Assembly (NCBI GenBank): GCA_905178155.1
Contig: CAJINV010000001.1
Location: forward strand, 4,878,747-4,942,746
DNA from: Amoebophrya sp. A120
Lineage: Eukaryota > Protista > Dinoflagellata
Reading direction: 5' to 3'
Length of the DNA: 64,000 nt
Part shown: one piece after another, positions 12,501 through 21,002 of the stretch
Numbering within the stretch: the stretch's first letter is position 1
Layout of the letters: each line of letters begins with the position of its first letter
Translations under genes and position numbers: made by a program
Notes under the pieces: generated by a model
What the model saw: the letters and a program-made list of their open reading frames with translations, nothing else
What the model was told of the DNA's origin: nothing
Databases searched by the model: none

Positions 12501-13347
12501 TTTGACGGCGCACGCGTATGCATTGGAAATTATAATATGTCTGGGTCTGAGTCTGACACAATGCAAGAGTACTTAAGTAGAATGCTGGTTGTCTGAAATG
12601 TCTCCCACTGCGTGAAGATGCATCGTGACGAGAGGATCTGTGCTGCTTGCCTGTCAGGGGTAAGTAATATGTCAAGAGGAAACTGAATACGTAAGGGCAA
12701 GCGCGCATAAAGCTGTGGCTGTCATGCGCGCCGGCTGCAAATAAGTAAATCGCAATTGCAAGGCGCCAGGCATCGTAGTATATGATAATTCACAGACCCG
12801 CGGCATCCAGTTCCGCACCCAGATATATCATCTTCATTTCATAACGGGGGGACTACAGGTTGCTGTGCATGCGCCCGCCCCCGGCGCCACTGGGTGACGC
12901 CATGCTTCGCGAACGGCTTACGAACATCATTTCCATCTGCTTCTGCCTCGACCGCGACCCCCAGGACCAGGCCAAAGCGATCCAGGAACATTTTGAGGAA
13001 GGAGACGAGGACGAGGAGGATATCGTATTTTAAAACGTCCCTACCCCATAGTTGTAGTGCAAATCTGCATGCTGAAAAAAATCCGAAGCTCCATGGGAAG
13101 CATTTTCTAGTAGTGTTTCGGAGTTCGTCATGCTCCAATCAGCATGGCCGAGAAACTAGCTCAAGCAGCACTACACTACGAGTCCAGATTTATCACGCGA
13201 AACAGCCACAGCTTGTGGATTTATCTAGCCGATTCCCCATCTTGACTACGGGGTGGGGACGTTTTGCTCAGGATAGAGGAGGAGGACGACGATGACGACG
13301 ACGACGACCCGTCTCCCCCCGCCACGAGAGGCATGCACTTATCATAG
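3530..13347 (+). CDS. Large GAF-domain protein with a thioredoxin-like CxxC domain (~1849 aa after removing 13 introners)
   Basis: Removing each element plus one 5-bp DR joins the exons in frame (9818-4268=5550 nt). The rebuilt GAF reads VLVSIVESERQWFKS..TAREVSFCAHSL..YVPDATQDRRFMYNSLV..LRFYCGCPI..LGALCILD. Trx-like FCQAC..FAEVDV..LPMLLYF lies at ~7670-7880. The start ATG is inferred. Confidence 0.8.
3893..4257. mobile_element. Introner, family A (TIR containing TGTCTGGGTCTGG), aged copy
   Basis: TATTCATTGCAAATATGTCAGGGTTTGG ... CCAGACCCAAACATGTTTGCAAATGATA; DR CCCGC/CCTGT; in-frame join GPR|GAVKR. Confidence 0.85.
4559..4843. mobile_element. Introner, family A
   Basis: Perfect DR ACTTC. 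Internal sequence is homologous to the reverse complement of 26779-27040. Join ATTS|SGTMEG. Confidence 0.92.
5203..5689. mobile_element. Introner, family B (TATTACAATGAAAAATGCCCCCACC), with an internal expansion
   Basis: Perfect DR GAGGT. Homologous to 22906-23217 and 47224-47528. Removal restores the GAF motif TAREVSFC. Confidence 0.93.
5766..6022. mobile_element. Introner, family A
   Basis: TATCAAATGCAAAAATGTCTGGGTCTGGA ... TCCAGACCCAGACATATTTGCAATCCATA; perfect DR GGACC; join ATQD|RRFMYN. Confidence 0.93.
8091..8406. mobile_element. Introner, family A
   Basis: TACGCATTGCAAACATGGCTGGGTCTGG ... TTTGCATTTGATA; perfect DR GCTTC; in frame with ORF 8526. Confidence 0.9.
9062..9440. mobile_element. 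Degenerate introner
   Basis: TACTTTACTGAAAAATGGCCCGCCCCCAG against CTGGTGGGGCGGCATGTTTTGCCTTGATG; DR TCTGA/TCAGG. The 5-bp rule joins ORFs 8526 and 9435 in frame. Confidence 0.65.
10255..10522. mobile_element. Introner, family D (TATCCAAGAAAAAAACTGT)
   Basis: Right end ACAGTTTTTTTCTTGCATA; perfect DR GCTTG; in-frame join. Confidence 0.9.
10574..10947. mobile_element. Introner, family C-like (TATCCTG..AAAA), aged copy
   Basis: TATCCTGTGTAAAAGCG ... CTTTTTTGCTCAGGATA; DR decayed (TTTCA/CGTCC), but the frame is restored into ORF 10801. Confidence 0.75.
11356..11545. mobile_element. Degenerate introner
   Basis: TATCCTACAGAAAAAAG ... CTTTTTGCTGTCTGATA; DR TGCTA/TTCTG; in frame with a 31-nt exon. 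Confidence 0.65.
11582..12031. mobile_element. Introner, family C-like
   Basis: TATCCTGTGTAAAAACGTCCCCGCCCCGGAG ... CTCTGGGCTGGGGGCGTTGTTCCTGAGGATA; DR CATGC/GATGC. Confidence 0.85.
12215..12464. mobile_element. Introner, family D
   Basis: TATCCAAGCAAAAAAA ... TTTTTTTCTGGATA; DR CTGAT/CTCGT; in frame. Confidence 0.8.
12517..12843. mobile_element. Introner, family A-like, aged copy
   Basis: TATGCATTGGAAATTATAATATGTCTGGGT ... ACCCAGATATATCATCTTCATTTCATA; DR ACGCG/ACGGG. Confidence 0.8.
13021..13275. mobile_element. Introner, family C
   Basis: Perfect DR GAGGA inside an acidic-codon run. Homologous to the reverse complement of 29551-29837. Confidence 0.92.
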
Positions 13348-13936
13348 TCTTCTAGTGTATATATTACTCTATCTTCTCGTCCGTAGGAAACCTGCTGCAA
13401 CGTACAATACTAAGAAGACGAAGAGCAAATGAAAGTAGCGAACTTCGAGAGCAGTTGCACTTGCAAGAAGAGTTACTTATGCCCAGCATCAAAACAAATA
13501 CAAATCGAAATCACAGACGAGAACGACAAAGGATCTAGAGGCGACGCTAGGAAAGCATCTCCGGCGCAAGATCGACAAGCAGGTACTACTTACTTCTTTT
13601 AAGCACAACTAAGTAGCCTTCTGAGCAGTAACTACATGTGCATGTATTTGCATCTCTCGTCTCCGTTTGGGGCTTTCAGCCTGCTTCGATCATGTGCGGC
13701 TGTGCTCGTCGGATCTGCCTCGCGGGACAGGCAAACAGTAGGCCTGAGAGCATTTGTTCCGTCGGAGCTCTGCTTTGAGTAAGAACCCCGAGGACCACAC
13801 CTCTGACGCACTTTGTTGTTGAAGTAGAGGCTTCAACTTTTTGCTGGTATAAGGCAGGGACGACAGCATGTTGGAGTTGGACCGACTGATGAGAGCAGGT
13901 ACTATGAAAGATAAACAACTGGAACAAGAAATGTGA

Positions 13937-16870
13937 CTACATTCACCAGGGCGCCGCCGCATTGGTGAGGGTGATAACGACGACAACGACGACACCACGC
14001 GAGGTTATCGTAGAAAAATCTGGGGCACGACCAAACACTAACACATGTGATTTAAGTACGAATGCATGAAGTGATGCCAGTCTCAGTTTCGGCTTTGCAT
14101 CTTCTTACGTGTAGTTCATGAAGAATCAATGCAGATGGGACGATCGTGCTTTCTTCTTTTTCGAGTCGGACCGACCTGCAGATGACTTCGATCAAAGAAG
14201 AAGTATCATACTTGATGTCAAAATTATTTGCAGACCATTTGACTGGTGTTGTGTTCTCTCCCAAATTTTTTGTGGCGATACTTGGCAGCGCCCTGACCAT
14301 GAAGGTGTCAGGCAACGTCAAGCGGCGCAACGAGAGCCGCTTTCCGAGCGGGCGAAATGCGGTGATGTTGACGCCGAGCTGGCCCAGGAACTCGAGACGA
14401 AACTGCGGCTATATGCTACAAGAAAACTATACCAATATCCCCACAAAAATGGCACGTAAAAGTAAGTATTACCTTTGCAGCAAGTTCTTTCCAAGAAAGA
14501 TAGTTTTTTCTAGCCGCCCAGACGGGACCCCGAAAGGCGAAAGTGCCTATATCCAGCATCATGGGAACGAAGACGGAGGACACGCAAACCCGCATATATG
14601 TATGAGTAGACGTAACAACTTTTCAATGCAGAAACACGAGGAAAATCAGGTACTTCAGCCCTGCAGATGCATTTTTGCACACGACAGCGCGTCTTGTATT
14701 GCAAAGAGAAAAACCGAAATCGACGACGATGCCGAAGAGCGATTGTGACTGCGTCATGACTTCCTACTCCCAGGCCATTTTCACCTTTCGCGCGCGCGAG
14801 GGGTGAAAAGGGACTGAGGGTAGCAAGTCACGGCGTTCTACCTTGAGCCAAAAGCGTCTTGATGCAGACGTCACGTCACTGCCACTTAGATCCACAAGTC
14901 TCAATGTGCAACAGGTCAGTGGGCATGCGCTTGAGCTCGGGCGCGTTGCATATTAAGACCTGTGGCTCCAAGGCGCAGTGCCCTGCATTCTGCCACTGAA
15001 CGACTTTGGCGGAAGGCACAACGCCGTGCCTTGTCCCGGCTTTGTACTTACCGTGAGCCAAAGGCGCTGCGATGCAGACTTGAGGTCACTGCCATAAGGG
15101 ACCCCGGTTGGTTCTCAACTTGCAGCAGTACGATGAAAATTGGCGTGGCCCTGCTGTAGATGCATGAGGCCTGCCACGAGCATTGGGCAACGTCCGCGCA
15201 TAGGAACAGCACTCGGCCGCGGGGCCAACAGGGGCGGCGCTTGTCATTTACGTCCCGGCGCTGCCCTTCATCGTGATATCAAGCGCGCGAGGGATTAGCT
15301 GTCGCCGCGCGCTGGCTGCAGCCAGTGCGAGAGGTGCGCGCAGGGGGGCACCGACACGGGGTAACAGTGTCGCACCAAGCAGCCCCAGCCGGGGCCGGGC
15401 AAATACGTTGCAGAGAGGGCTCCGACCGACATCCATGGGTGGAGAAGCTCGTGCAATATTTGAAGGGCAAGAAAACTGAAAAGCAAGCGCCAGCGTGGTT
15501 CATGTGGGCGCCCGTCAGCACGAAATGGCGCAGCTGGGGGGGGGTTCGAAGTTATCCGTGGCCCCGGGCTAAATTCGGGCCACTCTTTCGCTATAGCGAC
15601 GCTGGCCGCTCACTTTAGCGAGCGCGCCGAGGGGAGGGGCGGGCGCCAATCTCCCCTCCATAAAATCGACGACGATGCCGAAGAGCGATTGTGATGATAT
15701 TTTTCATTTTTTCTTGGATAAGCTGGAGCCTTCCACCGAAACGAGTCAAGTTGGGGCCCAGCAAACTGTGCGAGGTGATCTCACAAGCGCAAACCTGAAG
15801 CTTCTAGGCAACAACTCTGGCGGCCACCCGAAGGTGCGGAACTTCCTCTCCGGCGTTGATGCTGCAGACAGTGAGGACAATGACGACCGGTCTTATATCC
15901 CAGCGAAAAACATGAAGAAAACTACCGTGCCACATTTGTAACTACACGAAAAAAAACTAAAACATCAAATAGTACGCATAAGAAAATCATCTTTGCCCTT
16001 GCATCCCTAGTGTTTTTGGAGATAACAAGTACAGCGCGCTAGCTCTTTTTTTCCAATGGGATATTTTTCGCGTCGTTCAGGGATATTCCGTGTAACGATG
16101 GGATGGGAACTGCTATCAAACTGAAAACCACCTTTCCACCTCCCGACTCAGAAAATGTTTGTATTGCAGCTAAGCCAACGGATACTCCTTGGTCTTTGTG
16201 GCCACCTTGTACTATTACCGCACTCACAATGTCGCTTCTGCGCGGCCTGCGCTTGCTACTCTGCAAAATGTGCTGGCCGACGCAACCCGTGTGTCGTTGT
16301 CTTTGTAGCTGCGGTCGGTTATTTAAAAACTCCAAGGTGTGACCACGGTCATGTGAAGCGAATCCTATCACGCAGCGCAAAGCGACCCCGGCATGATGGA
16401 ATAGCACTTCCAATTTCATGCATCCCTGAATGAAATACAAATAAGCAAAAATCAGAATCACTGGAGCTGCAAGAAACACGCACGCTGCGCCTTTCTGCTG
16501 TCGGGGGACGTTTCTCACTTTGATACACGAAAACTCGGGTTCGGAAATCAGCACCGACAGTGAATCGGTTTCCAGCGGAGAGCAGAAATTTCAAGGAGTA
16601 CTCAAGGAAAAAAAAATTGCTAGTGTAGGTCTGTGAAGATGCAGAAAATGCGGGCCAGTTTGTTACACTTGTCACTTGCCATGTTGCCAGACCAGGGCCA
16701 CGACATCAAATCACGACAGTCATCTTTTCAGAGCACTGTGTGACTCGTGACGCAAAACAACGCTGTCATGCTGTCAGCCTAAGAAAGTTCCTTTACACTA
16801 GCACTGTTTTTTCTTTGGATAAGCAGAGCTGCTTGCGCGCTGTTTCAACCTGGAACGCCCGGGAGGGTGA
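13937..16870 (+). CDS. Hypothetical protein split by 5 introners; 5' end unresolved
   Basis: Exons ~13937-14005, 14286-14435, 15726-15895, 16069-16113, 16531-16598 and 16827-16870 join in one frame under the element-plus-5-bp rule. No recognisable domain. Confidence 0.5.
14006..14280. mobile_element. Degenerate introner
   Basis: TATCGTAGAAAAATCTGGG ... CCCAAATTTTTTGTGGCGATA; DR lost, frame restored. Confidence 0.6.
14436..15720. mobile_element. Degenerate introner (~339 bp) carrying a nested insertion of 946 bp (914 bp plus one 32-bp DR copy)
   Basis: TATCCCCACAAAAATG against CATTTTTTCTTGGATA; frame restored LYQ|EPST. Confidence 0.55.
14717..15694. repeat. Perfect 32-bp direct repeat (14717-14748, 15663-15694) bracketing a 914-bp GC-rich insert
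   Basis: AAATCGACGACGATGCCGAAGAGCGATTGTGA at both ends. Confidence 0.93.
15896..16063. mobile_element. Degenerate short introner
   Basis: TATCCCAGCGAAAAA ... TTTTTTCCAATGGGATA; DR TCTTA/TTTTT; frame-consistent. Confidence 0.5.
16114..16525. mobile_element. Degenerate introner
   Basis: TATCAAACTGAAAACC..CCCGAC ... GTCGGGGGACGTTTCTCACTTTGATA; frame-consistent. Confidence 0.6.
16599..16821. mobile_element. Introner, family D
   Basis: TACTCAAGGAAAAAAAAATTGCTAGTGTA ... TACACTAGCACTGTTTTTTCTTTGGATA; DR AGGAG/AGCAG. Confidence 0.8.
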
Positions 16871-19344
16871 GGGGAACCAGGCAAATCTCACAAAGAAACA
16901 GCTTTGAGGTTGAGCTGTAGCGCTTTTCGATTTTTCCTCTTGTCTCCTTCAGATTTTGCTTGATTTTGTTCACTAGCTTTTACTTATAAATATTCTACAT
17001 GTACTCATCTTACTTCTGGCAATACAGCCCGATCTATTTTTTGCGGTATATTACCTATGATCGATATGGATATTGTTGTACCAGCGAAACGCACTTGAAG
17101 TTCTACTTACCGAATTCCTAATGGGGTGAGATGTTAACATTGAGCGATGCCGGTGCAGGAACGCTTTGTTTTGCTTTTTCCACTATAATTTGGTCAGTAA
17201 TTCAAATTCACTGTTCTCGGCAAACCATACTAGTATGTTCCTTCCGGTAGGGCCAGTAGAGCGGGCTCGACGGAACAAGAGGCGGTACGTAAAAATTCTG
17301 TACATAATTTCAGTGAAGCTAAACGCAAACGTTAGTGATTAGTCTTGCGCTCGCCTTATTCAGCAGTCTCGAACGATTAATTCAATAATTCGGAGGCCCA
17401 CTAAATGATTACACATCTACATCATCCGACACGTGGTTGCGTGTGGTTTCGATGTAGCCTCAGACGATTACTACCCTTTCCCTTTTTTATCGATGATTAC
17501 TTCGCCTTTTCTATTATATAGTGGCTCTTCATCTTCATTCCCAGCCACAGCAGCATGCAACCCGCCTACCTGGAGAGAAGAAACGCGGGGCGCCACAGTT
17601 TTTTTCTGCGAACTTTAATCTGATCTGAGCGATCGCGTGCTGGTTCTCACTGAAGATATGGTGAAGACAAGTATCTACACATGCGTGACCAGTGAGAACG
17701 TGGCTGGGCGCTTCAGTGTTGAGTGCGGCAGCAACAACTTTAATTATTGGTGAAGAAGTGACGAACGACTTTACTTTAGTTACAGTTAGTTTTCTTGTGA
17801 AGGATGCGAACTCCATAACCATATTCATTGATCCAGTAGTTGTAGCGTATGTAGTACTTCTAGGCATTTTCCCAAACGTGAAAAGGAGCGTTAATTTATG
17901 AGAGCGACTGCGTAAATTAGTCTGATAAATTTTACCAAAAAGAGGCACTTTTTTGACTATTGTTATAATCTTAATCTATCTCGTATGAAGATGAATATGC
18001 ATAAACAACTGCTTTTGTGTTTATTTTTTGTGTTAAAGCCTTTTCTCCGACTCCTTCTGCTTTAATATCGCGACGAGGAAAAGGAATGAGCACAGGAAAT
18101 TAAAAACTGCTGCGAAAAATAAAAAAACCATCGAGGCGCTTTGCGTTTTTTTTTTTGGACATGCCACGTATATCTTCACTGTCCGACTTTCTTTCTCTGT
18201 TTGCGAAAATGTCAAAATCAACGCATAATGATACACAATGAAATGGATGACTCCAATCTTCATGGAGACATGACAGGAGCAGTCTGGTGTGACGCAATTA
18301 AACAGTTGTTTCAGTTGTATCAGCCGTCATGGCAAATCACACACAAACATCATCCCTCCGCCCTTATTTATCATGATAAATTCATAATCTTGTTGATGAT
18401 GTCGGTATGGATGTGTTACGTATTTTTGCGATTATTGATTCATTACATTCGTTTTGGGTTTTGGGAATGTATGAATCAAAGTCGATCGAATAATATCGAG
18501 GTGTAAGAAAGGCCAATAGGGTTCTGTGATGAATGTATGTAATGATAAGAGTCACCAGATGAAACACAGAAGAGATTCATTATTCCAATATTGTTCTATT
18601 CAATTATCGAGATCCTTCGTAATTTTGAGAATTTTCTGAAAAATTTGGTCGATTGCAGATTTCGAAAATTTTCTGAAAAATTTGGTCCATGGATGAGTAT
18701 TGTGTAGGATATATCCGATCGGATTTCTTGTTTGTGTTTTCTGTTTTTTCAATGATTCGGAAATTTGATTTTTCAAAAATTCTCGATCGAAAAATTTTGA
18801 AACAGGTATGATATTCGATCGAAAATTTTTTTAATAAAAATAATAAAGCTTGTGTATATTCTTGTTCATCGATCCGATTTTTTCGGAGAATTTCTTTTTC
18901 ATCCATTTTTTTCGAAATTTTTTTAAAGAAATAAAACATTTCCAAAAATATTTCATTTCCGATATCAATCTAGATCCTGGATTAAACGAAAATCTATCGA
19001 GATATATGATTCTTTCTTTCTTACTTTTCGTTCCTGGGTATGGTGTCAAATTAATATTCAAGACCCTGAAGATTTATCTCGGATCAGACAATATTTTCTT
19101 TATTTCTAAAGAATCCTCTGTAATTCGAATTTCAGATCTCCATCTCGAATTCGATATATCATTTTCATTCCTCAATTTTTTTCTATGGGAAAGAATATTG
19201 ACATGATTATATGAAGATTTCTCTCGGATCAGACAATGTTTTCTCTCGAAAGAATCCTCTGATTTATAGCTGGAAGAGTCGTTAACAAAATTGCCTCCGG
19301 CTTTCGTGCGGCTTTCGGGGAGGAAAACACTCAGAGGACCCATG

Positions 19345-19600
19345 CTTGCCCTACCCCTCCCTGGGCCCATGCCCTGCCCCTTCCTGGGCCCAAAGTCTGC
19401 CCCCTCCTGGACCCAGCCCCTGCCCATCCCTGGGCCCAACCCCTGCCCCTTCCTTGGCCCAACCCCTGCCCCTTCCTGGGCCCAACCCCTGCCCCCCCAT
19501 CCCCCTGGGCCCAAACCCTGCCCCTCCATGGGCCCATCCCCTGCCCTCTTTCTGGGCCCAACCCCTGCCCCTCCCGTGGCCCAACCCCTGCCCCTGGGTC
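19345..19600. repeat. GC-rich minisatellite, ~23-bp unit CTGCCCCTTCCTGGGCCCAACCC, about 10 degenerate copies
   Basis: The tandem units are visible directly, and inverted copies recur at ~19975-20095. Confidence 0.9.
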
Positions 19601-19607
19601 GCGCGCT

Positions 19608-19960
19608 GGGGCGCCGGCCGGGAGGGCTTTTCGGCCTCCCCGAGGAGGCTATCCCGCGTGCTATGGTGGCCCGGAGGCTGCCCCAAAACGCCCCCATGTG
19701 GAAGATAGGGGGGGTCCAGCGGGTTTGCCGCGGGATTAGCAAGGCCGCATCCTTTCGGAAAGCCCCCCCCGCGGCTGAGTCGGTCGATTTCTGGAGCGCA
19801 AAAGCGACCAACTTTCTAAACCCGCGGCCAAACCCGCTGGACCCCCCCTATCTTCCACATGGGGGCGTTTTGGGGCAGCCTCCGCGCCACCATAGCATGC
19901 GGGATAGCTTCCTCGGGTAGGCCGAAAAGCCGTCCCCCTTCCGGCCGGCCGGCGCCCCCG
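19608..19960. repeat. Long imperfect inverted repeat (arms ~19608-19739 and 19816-~19960, 76-bp spacer)
   Basis: GGAGGCTGCCCCAAAACGCCCCCATGTGGAAGATAGGGGGGGTCCAGCGGGTTTG and its reverse complement are both present; the rest of the arms differ by scattered substitutions. Confidence 0.92.
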
Positions 19961-21002
19961 CGCCCGCGCGGCCCAGGGGCCGGGGCTTGGCCAAAGGCTT
20001 GGGGTTGGGCCGAGGGGCGGAGGGGCAGGGGTTGGGCCCAGGACGGGGCAGGGGCTGGGCCCCGGGGGGGGGGGGGGCGCAGGGGTTGGGCCCCCCTTGT
20101 TGGGGTCTCTGGGGGCGGACGCCGGGCCTGCAACGCGCTTCCGCGCGCGGCGCACAGCGCACGGAGATCGCCCAAGGGCAGCGGGTTGGTGAGCCGGATG
20201 CTGCGGCTCGCCGTTGGTGAGCCGCAACCAACATGATCGCCGCGAAATTATAACTTTCGTGCTCTTTGCCAAACCCGCCCGAAAGCCGGAAGGCTTCAAA
20301 TTAACGACCCTCCCAGCTCTAACCTCTGATCAAATTGTTATTACAACCAAACATGATCATCATCAGAAAGAAAAGAAAATGAAGAATGATTTTAGATTTC
20401 ATTCGAATTCTTCAGAATTTGAGATGAGAATGATAAGAATAATCATGAGGGGACCCGACTCTCTGATAAAATTAAGTAGATAAAGATTGATATGTCATGA
20501 CTAGGAATTTAAATTTTCATTTTATTATGAAGGCAACGGATGGAAGATTGATGGAAGTATGGCAATGGCATGCTAGCCTTATCATCATCATGAGCAAGAA
20601 AGATAAAGAAGATCTCCATCATGGTCGTCTTCGAGACGTCGATCATGCGTCGTTTACGCGTGCGTCTGCGTTGTGATCATAATCGATAAAGATATGGGAA
20701 CGGAAGAACCCCGTGCCCGCATCCATCTTCTTCGTACCACTGCTCCACTGAGCAGGCGGGCGCTTGATGGCGCTAGGTGGGCGTGTGCTCATGATCTTGT
20801 TCCTGCGCCCTTGTCGTGATGAGCTAACTGCACCGCCCTCCGAAAATCGAGGCCACGTTCATTTGAACCAAAAAATGCGATATAGTACATTCTCCAGATG
20901 TCATAATGAGTGTGGCGGATAAGAGAGTTGTTGTGAGGATCTTTCTTGATGTGTCGGCAGAAAAAATCCAAAATCAACTATCAATTGCGTAGCATTTTTT
21001 CG

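Noticed and set aside
14456-14480. Possible 25-nt GT-AG micro-intron
   Set aside because: An introner starting at 14436 explains the frame equally well, with a TA-starting TIR like the other elements.
17535-17948. 137-aa minus-strand ORF
   Set aside because: Non-ATG start, no motif and AT-rich context.
19074-20299. Gly/Pro-rich ORFs on both strands
   Set aside because: By-products of the GC-rich minisatellite and palindrome.
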